From a virus (Duplodnaviria; Caudoviricetes), in the IMG/VR virus record IMGVR_UViG_3300047484_000003, positions 1 to 35,640 of that record: a DNA stretch of 35,640 nucleotides; one strand, given 5' to 3'. The translations under genes were made by a program, and so were the position numbers. Below, one piece after another: positions 8,023 to 17,044 of this stretch. The notes beneath the pieces were generated by a model. The model was not told where the DNA came from and ran no database searches. It worked only from the letters and a program-made list of their open reading frames with translations. Each line of letters begins with the position of its first letter. The first letter of the stretch is position 1.

Positions 8023-8416
8023 ATCAAAAGCCCAATTTAGGCTGATGAAAGCGGCAGAGAACAATCCCAAGTTTGCCAAGAAGGTGGGCATCAGTCCTGA
8101 TGTAGCGGCTGAATACACCCAATCTAACGTGAAAGGGCGATCTTATGCGAAGCTTCCTGAACAGCTTAAGAACGGCGGTCCGAGCCTTGCGATTGGCCGT
8201 GGTGAGAAGCTACCAGCGGATCGTGGCGCGGGTCTCACGGCCAAAGGCAGAGCCAAGTACAACCGAGAAACAGGATCAAACCTGAAGGCTCCACAGCCCC
8301 AGGGAGGACCTCGGAGAGACTCGTTTTGCGCTAGGATGGGTCCAGTAGCAGAGAAGAGCGAGAAAGGCTCACGAGCACGCGCATCCATGCGCCGTTGGAA
8401 TTGTCCGGGGTGGTAG
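8012..8416 (+). CDS. Small basic phage protein (C-terminal half DUF6321-like)
   Basis: GLTAKGRAKYNRETGSNLKAP...RRDSFCARM...RRWNC motif, recalled from uncultured phage proteins. Confidence 0.65.
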   Translation: MPAKSKAQFRLMKAAENNPKFAKKVGISPDVAAEYTQSNVKGRSYAKLPEQLKNGGPSLAIGRGEKLPADRGAGLTAKGRAKYNRETGSNLKAPQPQGGPRRDSFCARMGPVAEKSEKGSRARASMRRWNCPGW

Positions 8417-9487
8417 ATGGCATATTCAGATACTTACGGCCAGGTTTATAACGTCCAAACGCTGATTGACCACGCAGCACGTCGTTGTGGCAAGTTAGCA
8501 GAAGAGCTAACCAGCGAGCAGTTGGTAGCCGCAAGAGAGATCTTGGGCATGACGCTATCAAGCCTGATCAACATTGGCATCCAGTATTGGGCGATTAAGA
8601 AGGAAGTCATCGGCCTGTCAGTGGATAAGTACATCTATTCGCTGCCTGTAGGCGCTAATGACGTGCTGAATGCGCTCTATCGCACCATGAACCGCCCCTC
8701 GGGTAACTACGCTACGAGCGCAGGGGGCACGGTGTCCTTTGTTGCTGATAACGACGTAGACACTTACTGCCAGCAAACGAGTGCCAATGGCAACATTTCA
8801 GTCGATTTTGGGACCGATAACCCGGTTTATGCGGGATCTATTGGCGTACTACCCTATGTTTCTGGCGGTGGAAGTGCCACCTGGACCTTCACTCTTGAGT
8901 ATTCCACGGATGGTGCCACCTGGAATACGCTTGAAAACGTCGGAACCGTCGTTGTAACGGACAATCAATGGCTCTGGTATGACATTGACCCTGGCCAAAC
9001 GGTTCAGTTTTACCGTATTAGTGCTTCTGGCGGCACGACGTTGGCATTAAGAGAGTGGTATGTCGGCAATAACAGCCGAGAAATCATGATGTCACGCCTA
9101 AATCGTGATGATTACACCAATCTACCGAATAAAAACTTCACAGCCAATCAACCGTACCAGTTTTGGTTCAACCGCACGATTCCTCAGCCTGAAATCTACC
9201 TCTGGCCTACGCCTAATGACCCATTTATTCAAATGACGGTCTGGTATTCCAAGCAGATTATGGATGTAGGCGATCTGACTGACGAGTTACAGATCCCGCA
9301 GCGCTGGTATCTGGCCACGGTTGCCATGCTCAGTCATCAATTGTCGCTAGAGTTGCCGCAGGTGCCGTTAGATCGCGTGCAGTACCTCGAAGCGCAAGCC
9401 ACAAAGTACCTTAATGAAGTCGAGCAAGAAGAGCGTGATCGGTCACCGATCTACTTTGCGCCCAATATCATGCCGTACACGTCCTGA
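8417..9487 (+). CDS. Putative head-tail adaptor with inserted discoidin/F5-8-like domain
   Basis: Helical N- and C-terminal parts with IYLWPTP; central DNDVDTY...VDFG...LEYSTDGATW...FYRI resembles a galactose-binding-like fold. Confidence 0.55.
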   Translation: MAYSDTYGQVYNVQTLIDHAARRCGKLAEELTSEQLVAAREILGMTLSSLINIGIQYWAIKKEVIGLSVDKYIYSLPVGANDVLNALYRTMNRPSGNYATSAGGTVSFVADNDVDTYCQQTSANGNISVDFGTDNPVYAGSIGVLPYVSGGGSATWTFTLEYSTDGATWNTLENVGTVVVTDNQWLWYDIDPGQTVQFYRISASGGTTLALREWYVGNNSREIMMSRLNRDDYTNLPNKNFTANQPYQFWFNRTIPQPEIYLWPTPNDPFIQMTVWYSKQIMDVGDLTDELQIPQRWYLATVAMLSHQLSLELPQVPLDRVQYLEAQATKYLNEVEQEERDRSPIYFAPNIMPYTS

Positions 9488-9489
9488 TC

Positions 9490-9834
9490 ATGTCTGTTTT
9501 TCTTGATACGTCAGGTCTTGCTAGTGTTGCGATTGCAGTCTGTGATCGCTGCAAGATGAAGCGCACCTATGTCGTAATGCGCCCTGATCCTAACTTCCCT
9601 GGCTTGCAGGTATGCAATGAGGGCTGTGCTGATCAAAAGGACCCGTATCGCCTGCCAGCAAGAAAGACAGAGCGCATCAATCTGCGCTTTCCAAGGCCGG
9701 ATCTATCGGTAGCGTTGAATCCCAATAATCTGCTGACGAATGGCTTAAATCAGACGATAATGTCAACTGAAGGCAATACGCAGACGCCAGAAAATAATGG
9801 GAACCTTGACGGTATCTCATTGTCGCCGGAGTGA
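9490..9834 (+). CDS. Hypothetical Zn-binding protein
   Basis: AVCDRC...VCNEGC Cys pairs; position within the operon. Confidence 0.65.
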   Translation: MSVFLDTSGLASVAIAVCDRCKMKRTYVVMRPDPNFPGLQVCNEGCADQKDPYRLPARKTERINLRFPRPDLSVALNPNNLLTNGLNQTIMSTEGNTQTPENNGNLDGISLSPE

Positions 9835-9837
9835 TGA

Positions 9838-11760
9838 ATGGCCAATCAAACCATTACCCAGTTACCAGCAGCAGGCGCACTTACCGGCACTGAGCTAGTT
9901 CCTATTGTTCAGGGCGGTCAAACCGTCCAAACGACTACAGGCGCTATTTCCGCGGTGCCTGTAACCAACTACAGCTTTATCACGGCCACATCAGAGGGCT
10001 TGTTGACCGATGCCCGCCAATTAGTAACAACAGGTGGTGGCATTACGGTTACCGACAACGGTGCTGGCTCAACCATGGCCATAGCCTTGTCAGGAGCGCC
10101 TGCAAGCCTCGTAAACTCGTCGGCGGGTATACAGGTCAAGACAAGCGGATCAACGCTTACAAACCGCGCTGTCCAAGCTGGAACGGCAGGTTTGAGCGTG
10201 GCTGACGGCGATGGGATTTCTGGCGATCCAACAATCTCGCTGACAGGCTTGCCGCTTAACCTGGCACTGTCGTCGGGCACAGGTTTGTTCTCGCGCACAT
10301 CAGGCAATACCTTGGCGGTAGTCACGCTTCAAGGCACGACAGATCAGATTGATATTGCCAATCCTACGGGTGATGCTGCCAATCCGACGTTTAGCATTGC
10401 TGACAACGTCGTGCTGCCAGGTACGGGTGCCGTGGTATTACCCAAAGGGCTGACAGCAGATCGTCTGAGTCCACCTGTTGAAGGTGCATTACGCTACAAC
10501 ACGCAGACAAGCAATTTTGAGGGGTATGGAAGCTCCGGCTGGGGCATCATTCCGACAGGCTCAGGCATTTCATCATTCAGTGCAGGCACAACGGGATTTA
10601 CGCCATCAACACCAACAGCGGGAGCAATAACCTTATCTGGCACGTTAATCACAAGCAATGGCGGTACAGGCCTAGCGTCATTTACTGCAGGCGATACGCT
10701 TTACTACGCCGCTGGCACGGCGCTATCTAAGCTAGCGATTGGTGCCTCATCGAGGATCATGACCTCCTCGGGTACAGCACCACAGTGGACAGACCCGGCA
10801 ACTATTACCGTTGGCACGGCAACTTCTGCCACCACAGCGACAAATATTGCCGGTGGCGCTGCAGGCTCAGTGCCGTATCAATCAGGGTCGGGGACTACGA
10901 CATTCTTGGCGATTGGCACAGCCACGCAGATCCTGAAAGTCAATGCTGGCGCTACGGCGCTTGAGTATGCGGATCAATCAACGCTTGCAGTCGGTACAGC
11001 AACCAATCTTGCGGGCGGCACAACCAATCAGATTGCTGTGCAATCCAATGTAGGTGCAACGACATTTATCACTGCGCCAACAGTAGCAAGCACGGTGTTG
11101 TCATGGTCTGGATCTGCTTTTCAGTGGGTAACGCCAGCCGCAGGAACGGTCACCGCGGTAACCGCCTCAGCACCTTTGGCATCGTCTGGCGGCGCGACTC
11201 CAGACATTAGCCTGGGAACCGTAACGACGGCCAATGGCGGCACAGGCCTGACAACCTATACCGCGGGTGACTTGCCTTACTACGCTACAGGAACGGCCCT
11301 TAGTAAGCTTGGCATTGGCTCAAACACTTACTTGTTGACATCGAGTGGCACAGCACCGCAATGGTCCGATCCTGCGGGTGTAACGGTAGGTACGGCTACT
11401 ACCGCAACCACGGCCAATGCGGTGGCCAACTCGGTGACGTTTACAAATACGGGCGGCGCGGTAGCCGGCACAACTTTTAATGGCTCAGTGGCCAGGACGA
11501 TTGACTATTCAACGGTTGGCGCACCCAAGGCTGACGGCACAGGAGCCTCGGGCACCTGGGGTATTAACATTAGCGGCAGTGCTTCGTCGGCTACTTCAGC
11601 CACAACTGCAACGAATGTAGCCGGCGGTGCTGCAGGCTCGTTGGTTTATCAAACCGGCGCGGCAACAACTTCAACTTTAGCCCTTGGTACACAAGGATAT
11701 GTTTTAAGAGCAGGTGCATCCGCTCCAGAGTGGGCGGTTATTGACGGAGGTACTTTCTAA
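9838..11760 (+). CDS. Tail fibre / proximal fibre protein (Gly/Thr/Ala-rich with internal repeats)
   Basis: LPKGLTADR...GALRYN...FEGY fibre motif, NGGTG repeats, ends DGGTF. Confidence 0.7.
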   Translation: MANQTITQLPAAGALTGTELVPIVQGGQTVQTTTGAISAVPVTNYSFITATSEGLLTDARQLVTTGGGITVTDNGAGSTMAIALSGAPASLVNSSAGIQVKTSGSTLTNRAVQAGTAGLSVADGDGISGDPTISLTGLPLNLALSSGTGLFSRTSGNTLAVVTLQGTTDQIDIANPTGDAANPTFSIADNVVLPGTGAVVLPKGLTADRLSPPVEGALRYNTQTSNFEGYGSSGWGIIPTGSGISSFSAGTTGFTPSTPTAGAITLSGTLITSNGGTGLASFTAGDTLYYAAGTALSKLAIGASSRIMTSSGTAPQWTDPATITVGTATSATTATNIAGGAAGSVPYQSGSGTTTFLAIGTATQILKVNAGATALEYADQSTLAVGTATNLAGGTTNQIAVQSNVGATTFITAPTVASTVLSWSGSAFQWVTPAAGTVTAVTASAPLASSGGATPDISLGTVTTANGGTGLTTYTAGDLPYYATGTALSKLGIGSNTYLLTSSGTAPQWSDPAGVTVGTATTATTANAVANSVTFTNTGGAVAGTTFNGSVARTIDYSTVGAPKADGTGASGTWGINISGSASSATSATTATNVAGGAAGSLVYQTGAATTSTLALGTQGYVLRAGASAPEWAVIDGGTF

Positions 11761-13550
11761 TGCCAGCCACTAATTACACGCCGATTCAGCTTTACCGCAC
11801 GAACACGGCATCAACAACAGCACCAAGCGCTGGTAACTTAAACGCTGGTGAATTGGCCATCAACTACAACGATGGCGGAATGATCTTGTTTGCCAAGAAC
11901 ACGACAGGCAACGTCATCAAGCTGATGAACAACCCGGCGAACTTGCTGTATCCCACGGCTGATGGCGCGGCAAACAAAGCCATAACAACCAATGGCTCGG
12001 GGACCTTAAGCTTTGGCACAGTTGGCGTGGCTGGAGGCGGCACAGGCGCAACCACACTCACTGCAAACAACGTCATTTTAGGTAACGGCACTTCAGCCGT
12101 TCAGTTTGTAGCGCCGGGGTCTAGTGGAAATGTGCTTACGTCCAACGGTACGACTTGGACTTCTGCTGCCGCAGGAGCGTCCTTATCCGGCGTCACCGAC
12201 TCAGCTTCACCCTTTGAGACTTCACTGGGTTATCAAGCTGGCAATGTATCTACAGGGGTTAACAATACTTTTGTAGGCTATCAGGCTGGTCTTGTTACAA
12301 CCACGGGTACAAATAACGTAGCTATTGGCTTTAAGGCACTGGATGCTAATACAACAGCTTCACGAAATATTGCAATTGGAAGTGATGCTCTTGGTGCAAC
12401 TACTTCTGGAGAGTCTAATACTGCCATTGGTTTTCAAGCCCTCACATCAAACACAACGGGCTATTACAACGTAGCTATTGGCCCCACTGCTCTGACTACG
12501 TTAACAACAGGGTCCGATAACATTGCTATAGGAAGAGATGCGCTTAGAGTTGCCACTGGATCTTCTAGCGTAGCAATTGGTAGTCTTGCTATGACCTTTA
12601 CAACAACTGGAAGTGGCGCTGCTTTTGGTTATCGAGCATTATATTCAAACACCACGGGGTATTCTAATGCAGCATTTGGAACAGATGCTTTATTTCAAAA
12701 CACCACAGGAATAAATAATACAGCTTTTGGTAGTGATAGTCTTAAATTAAACACCACTGGCACAGACAATACTGCTATTGGTTATGCGGCATTAGATGCT
12801 AATACTATTGGGTATTACAACGTAGCTATTGGCTCAAACGCCCTCGGCGCAAACACCACTGGCGTAGATAATGTTGCTGTTGGGTACAACGCTTTGGATC
12901 AAAATACGACAGGCTCTGCAAATTCAGCGTTTGGCTTAGATGCCCTCGGCGGTAACACCACCGGCTCAAATAACACGGCTGTTGGTTATTTAGCAGGAAA
13001 TGTATTAACAACAGGAACAGGTAATGTTATTGTTGGTTATGACGCCGATGCAAGCGCAGCAGGTGGCGTGGATCAGATTGTTATTGGAAGTGGAGTTACA
13101 GGACAGGCCAACACAAACGTCACTATTGGCAATGGCACGGGCAAAATCTACAACGCCTATACCGTAAACGCCACTTGGACGCAGACATCAGATGGCACGA
13201 TGAAGAACATCATCGGCCCAGACACGTTAGGCTTATCTTTCATCAAGCGTCTGAATCCCATCAAGTTTACTTGGAAGCCACAAAACGAACTTCCACAAAA
13301 TCATCCGTACTACCGAGAAGAAAACACCCGTGATACCACAACGGTAGTTCATGGTTTAATCGCGCAAGAAGTCAAAGCTGCGCTCGATGCAGAAGGTTGT
13401 ACCACGTTTAACGGTTGGGATCAGGGTAGTGACGGCATTCAATCCATCAGCCGTGAAATGTTCATTTCGCCTTTAGTCAAGGCAATTCAGGAGCTTGCCG
13501 CGCAGGTTGAAGCGTTGCAAGCAGAGATCGCAATATTGAAAGGAAATTAA
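11760..13550 (+). CDS. Distal tail fibre / receptor-binding protein with 14-aa beta-roll repeats and C-terminal intramolecular chaperone (peptidase S74-like)
   Basis: N-terminal GELAINY anchor; many NxAxGxxAL repeats; TSDGTMKNII...LNPIKFTWK...HGLIAQEV...PLVKAIQEL coiled coil. Confidence 0.85.
   Translation: MPATNYTPIQLYRTNTASTTAPSAGNLNAGELAINYNDGGMILFAKNTTGNVIKLMNNPANLLYPTADGAANKAITTNGSGTLSFGTVGVAGGGTGATTLTANNVILGNGTSAVQFVAPGSSGNVLTSNGTTWTSAAAGASLSGVTDSASPFETSLGYQAGNVSTGVNNTFVGYQAGLVTTTGTNNVAIGFKALDANTTASRNIAIGSDALGATTSGESNTAIGFQALTSNTTGYYNVAIGPTALTTLTTGSDNIAIGRDALRVATGSSSVAIGSLAMTFTTTGSGAAFGYRALYSNTTGYSNAAFGTDALFQNTTGINNTAFGSDSLKLNTTGTDNTAIGYAALDANTIGYYNVAIGSNALGANTTGVDNVAVGYNALDQNTTGSANSAFGLDALGGNTTGSNNTAVGYLAGNVLTTGTGNVIVGYDADASAAGGVDQIVIGSGVTGQANTNVTIGNGTGKIYNAYTVNATWTQTSDGTMKNIIGPDTLGLSFIKRLNPIKFTWKPQNELPQNHPYYREENTRDTTTVVHGLIAQEVKAALDAEGCTTFNGWDQGSDGIQSISREMFISPLVKAIQELAAQVEALQAEIAILKGN
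12226..13140 (+). repeat. Degenerate 42-bp (14-aa) coding repeats, N-T/V-A-x-G-x-x-A-L-x-x-N-T-T-G type
   Basis: Direct reading of the translation; roughly 20 units; YadA-head-like periodicity. Confidence 0.75.
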
Positions 13551-13551
13551 G

Positions 13552-13812
13552 ATGTCAGACGTTATTGAAGTACCCACAAAAGAAGAGCTTGACCGTCACT
13601 TTTCAGCGTTGATTGATTCGTGTGGTTTGATTGAAGGTTACGTTGCTGGAGAATATGGCAATAGAACCATCGTGAAAAATGACGCAAATAAGCAAACGGT
13701 AGAGCGCAACACAGGCCACCTGAAGTACATGCGTGATAAGCCGTGGTGGACAGGTTATGACATGACCCGTGTTAACGCAGCAATCACGGCAGGCGATGCT
13801 TACCTCGCCTAA
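13552..13812 (+). CDS. Small fibre-associated hypothetical protein
   Basis: AAGGA RBS; immediately follows the fibre gene. Confidence 0.7.
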   Translation: MSDVIEVPTKEELDRHFSALIDSCGLIEGYVAGEYGNRTIVKNDANKQTVERNTGHLKYMRDKPWWTGYDMTRVNAAITAGDAYLA

Positions 13813-14686
13813 AGGTGGCTCGGAGATTCTTCTTGAAGAACTCCAAAAGCGGGTGGACACAAGCCCTGTCAACATCATACTTTCAACGTGTGATGCAAGG
13901 TTGCTCCACCCTGCTAAACCCAACATTTTGTGGGAACACCTTAGTTACGATCAGGCAGGCGTTACAGGCTTGGCAGATGCTGACTTTGTGTCGCGGTTGG
14001 ACGCCATCGTGTTCGTATCGCATTGGCAGCACGAGCAGTTTAGAAAGCGTGTAAACCTACCCGGCGATAAGTGCTTTGTAATTCAAAACTGCATTAGTCC
14101 TGCGCCAGATCATGACAAGCCTCAAGAAGTTGGATTGATTTATACGTCCATGCCCAATCGCGGTTTAAGCTTGTTAGCTCAGGCTTATCCGTTGATGAGG
14201 AACAAGGTGCCGTTGACGGTCATTTCTGGCACGAAGATCTATGGCAAGAAGTTTCATGAAACGACAGGGCATAAATTCAATCCCTTGTACCGACAACTGA
14301 AAGCCCTTGGTGCAGCGCACTACAATTATTTGCCTAATGAAGAAGTACGCGAGCAACTGACAAAGCATCACATTCTTGCTTACCCAAGCGTGTTTGAAGA
14401 AACGTCTTGTCTTTCTGCTATTGAAGCATTGTCTTACGGATTAAAAGTAGTAACGACGAACTTTGGTGCGTTGCCAGAGACTTGTGGCGTATGGGCAGAT
14501 TATGTGCCGTTAGGCGAGCCGTCAGAGTTTGTTAAGCGTTATGCTCAGGCGTTGGATGACGCAGTAGATGCATGGCAACCTAATACAGATCAGGTTCAGC
14601 ACTACCGAAAGTATTGGACTTGGGACGCAAGACCGCAATGGGAGAGCCTCATTGGACGCTATCGGACGCAGACTCTGGCAGCTTAA
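13796..14686 (+). CDS. Glycosyltransferase, GT-B fold (GT4-like)
   Basis: GGSE N-terminal loop, FVSHWQ, YTSMPNRGL, YPSVFEETSCLSAIEA (E-x7-E), TTNFGALPE. ATG at 13796 preferred. Confidence 0.85.
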   Translation: MLTSPKGGSEILLEELQKRVDTSPVNIILSTCDARLLHPAKPNILWEHLSYDQAGVTGLADADFVSRLDAIVFVSHWQHEQFRKRVNLPGDKCFVIQNCISPAPDHDKPQEVGLIYTSMPNRGLSLLAQAYPLMRNKVPLTVISGTKIYGKKFHETTGHKFNPLYRQLKALGAAHYNYLPNEEVREQLTKHHILAYPSVFEETSCLSAIEALSYGLKVVTTNFGALPETCGVWADYVPLGEPSEFVKRYAQALDDAVDAWQPNTDQVQHYRKYWTWDARPQWESLIGRYRTQTLAA

Positions 14687-15266
14687 AAGCACGGGGGTAG
14701 TGCTAGAGCAATGCCTTGACATCGGCGCATACCGAGGTCAGTTTACGGCAGTGGTCAAAGCGTTGTACCCGGCATGTAAGGTGCAACAGTTTGAGGCAGA
14801 TAAAAGGCAGCGGTCTTACATTCCGTTTGCAAAGTTTGTCTTGTTAGGTGATGCAGATCGTGAGGCTATTTTCTATACCTTGCCAGAGCATACTTGCACG
14901 ACAGGCTCATCAGTGTTTATAGAGAACACCCTCCACTATGCCAAGCCAATTCAACTGACGTTGCCCATGAAGACGTTGGATGCTGTAGCAGACTATTCGG
15001 GTGACTGGTCTAAGGGCTTGGTTAAGATGGACACGCAAGGTTCAGAGTTGATGATTCTGAAAGGCGCGACAAAGTTGCTAGCCAAACGCCCTCGCTTCTT
15101 TTTGATTGAATGTTCTGTACAGCCTTATAACGTAGGTGCGCCGTTGATCAATGAAGTGATCAGTGCTATGAAGGACTACGGCTACACCATCAAAGACTTT
15201 TGGGATATGAGTTACGACCAGCAAGGCAGTTTGCTGCAAACCGACATTTTATTTGAGGCCACATGA
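14652..15266 (+). CDS. FkbM-family SAM-dependent methyltransferase
   Basis: LDIGAYRG, FEAD, KTLD, VKMDTQGSELMILKGA, QTDILF. Probable TTG start at 14652 after GGAGAG. Confidence 0.85.
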   Translation: MDAIGRRLWQLKSTGVVLEQCLDIGAYRGQFTAVVKALYPACKVQQFEADKRQRSYIPFAKFVLLGDADREAIFYTLPEHTCTTGSSVFIENTLHYAKPIQLTLPMKTLDAVADYSGDWSKGLVKMDTQGSELMILKGATKLLAKRPRFFLIECSVQPYNVGAPLINEVISAMKDYGYTIKDFWDMSYDQQGSLLQTDILFEAT

Positions 15267-15922
15267 AAGTTTTAATTGCCACTCCTGCCTTAGACGGGCG
15301 ACTAGATGTTTGGTATGTGAACTCCTTGGTCAATAGCGTCCGAGTAGCGCAATCTAATGATGTGTTTTTGCACCCTGTGTTTTTATCGTATGACGCGCTG
15401 ATTCAGCGAGCAAGAAATGATTTGTTTGGGCTAGCGGTAGAAGAGGACTACGACCAAGTCATTTGGATTGACTCTGATCTTGAGTGGAATCCCATGTGGA
15501 TCATGGAATTGTTGTCACGGCCTGAAGATGTTGTTGGTGGGACATACCGCAAGAAGACAGACGAGTATGAAAAGTATGTGGTCAGGACGGACAGCTTGCA
15601 AGCAGCTTCTTCAGGATTGATAAAGGTTCAAGGTTTAGGCATGGGATTTGTGAAGATGAGCCGCAAAGCCGTGCTTGATCTGTGGGAGAACAGTGAAGAG
15701 TACGAGAATGAAAACAAAGTACGCCGGATGATTTGCAATATTGCTATTGTGGATGGGCAATTGCATTCAGAGGACACGGTAGTGTTTTCAAAGCTTATGG
15801 CACTTGGCTACGATATTTGGTTAGATCCCAAGATGACATGCGCTCATGTTGGGACAAAAAAATTTCAAGGCAACTTTGATCGTTTTAGGCAATCGCTAAC
15901 CAAAAAGGTGTCAAATGGCTGA
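15263..15922 (+). CDS. Glycosyltransferase-like protein, GT-A fold
   Basis: VLIATP, RARN, WIDSD (DxD), GMGF, SED, IWLDP...HVG. Confidence 0.75.
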   Translation: MKVLIATPALDGRLDVWYVNSLVNSVRVAQSNDVFLHPVFLSYDALIQRARNDLFGLAVEEDYDQVIWIDSDLEWNPMWIMELLSRPEDVVGGTYRKKTDEYEKYVVRTDSLQAASSGLIKVQGLGMGFVKMSRKAVLDLWENSEEYENENKVRRMICNIAIVDGQLHSEDTVVFSKLMALGYDIWLDPKMTCAHVGTKKFQGNFDRFRQSLTKKVSNG

Positions 15923-16085
15923 AAAATGGATTCAGAAGGCGGTAAAAAAGCCTGGTGCTTTGCATAAGCAGTTAGGCGTGCCTTCGGACAAAAAGATCCC
16001 CTCAAAAATGCTTAACAAAGCAGCGAAAGCGCCTGGCAAGCTTGGTCAACGCGCAAGACTAGCAAAGACGCTGCGTGGGTTTTAA
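15915..16085 (+). CDS. Small very basic protein, 56 aa (MAEKWIQKAVKKPGALHKQLGVPSDKKIPSKMLNKAAKAPGKLGQRARLAKTLRGF); not in the ORF track
   Basis: AAGGTG RBS; overlaps the upstream stop; ends 2 nt before the next ATG. Confidence 0.8.
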   Translation: MAEKWIQKAVKKPGALHKQLGVPSDKKIPSKMLNKAAKAPGKLGQRARLAKTLRGF

Positions 16086-16087
16086 TC

Positions 16088-16285
16088 ATGAGCGACGACT
16101 TGGACAAGCGGCTCTCTGTTCATGAGGCGATTTGTGCCCAGCGCTATGAGCAAATTGAGAAGCGGCTAGGCGACGGTAGCAGGCGTATGAGGCACATTGA
16201 ATGGTTGCTTTACATCACGATTGCTGCTGTCCTGCTCGGGCCAGGAGTCGCCGCGATGTTCGTTAAGAAATTGTTGGGTATCTGA
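16088..16285 (+). CDS. Small membrane protein (hemolysin XhlA-like / holin-associated)
   Basis: HEAICAQRY coiled coil followed by a C-terminal hydrophobic helix. Confidence 0.6.
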   Translation: MSDDLDKRLSVHEAICAQRYEQIEKRLGDGSRRMRHIEWLLYITIAAVLLGPGVAAMFVKKLLGI

Positions 16286-16286
16286 C

Positions 16287-16559
16287 GTGGCTTGGTCAGA
16301 CGTCCTCAAGGCAGTTATCCCAATCGTAGTGGCTGCGCTTGCTTGGCTGCTCGGACAGGTTGCTTCATTCTCAGAACGTCTCACCAAAATCGAGGGGCAA
16401 ATGCCTGCGCTGATTACTAAAGAAGGCACCCCAACGGATTCACCGATTTCTGCGGAGCGCCGTGCAGTTCTCAAAGAACAGTTGATGACCCACATTAATG
16501 AGTTACAAGTCAAAGTGCGGCTGCTTGAGGAGCGGGAGCGAATCAAGGGAGGTAAGTAA
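16287..16559 (+). CDS. Membrane-anchored coiled-coil protein (lysis cassette)
   Basis: GTG at 16287; N-terminal TM segment VIPIVVAALAWLL; coiled-coil C-terminus. Confidence 0.6.
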   Translation: MAWSDVLKAVIPIVVAALAWLLGQVASFSERLTKIEGQMPALITKEGTPTDSPISAERRAVLKEQLMTHINELQVKVRLLEERERIKGGK

Positions 16560-17044
16560 TGTTTGAGTTACTTGGCGGCGGTTTACTTGGTTCAATATTC
16601 GGTGGTCTGTTCAGGCTTGCCCCTGAAGTCCTTAAGTTCTTAGACAAAAAGAACGAGCGTCAGCACGAGCTATCCATGTTCCAACTTCAGACCGACCTCG
16701 AAAAAATGAGGGGCGAGTTCAAGATGGAGGAGAAGTATGTTGACTACTCGATACAGCAAATGGATACGATCAAGGAGGCGTTTAAGGAACAAGCCGCCAC
16801 CGCAAAAGAGGCTGGCTGGTTCGCTTCTTTTATCACTGCCGTTACCCGACCCGGCCTTACTTGGATTGCTTTTGGTGTTTATGTGGCCGTCAAAGCTGCT
16901 GGGCTGACGATTGCCTTTCAAACAAACGCTAACTGGGCCGAAGTGCTGACCAAGAGCTACGACGAGGATGACTTCGCCATGCTGAACATGATGCTCACTT
17001 TTTGGTTCGTTGGCCGGTCTATTGAGAAGTACAACAAGTCATGA
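16559..17044 (+). CDS. Putative holin (3-TM type)
   Basis: Hydrophobic segments, AVTRPGLTW and FWFVGRS motifs; directly upstream of the lysozyme; GGAGG RBS. Confidence 0.65.
   Translation: MFELLGGGLLGSIFGGLFRLAPEVLKFLDKKNERQHELSMFQLQTDLEKMRGEFKMEEKYVDYSIQQMDTIKEAFKEQAATAKEAGWFASFITAVTRPGLTWIAFGVYVAVKAAGLTIAFQTNANWAEVLTKSYDEDDFAMLNMMLTFWFVGRSIEKYNKS

Noticed and set aside
11760-15922. Diversity-generating retroelement acting on the fibre
   Set aside because: No reverse transcriptase and no template/variable repeat pair differing at adenines seen in the window.
15941-15990. Second in-frame A_AAA_AAG in the 56-aa basic gene
   Set aside because: The possible hairpin starts with no spacer and the -1 frame stops after five codons without a recognisable motif; probably chance in a Lys-rich gene.
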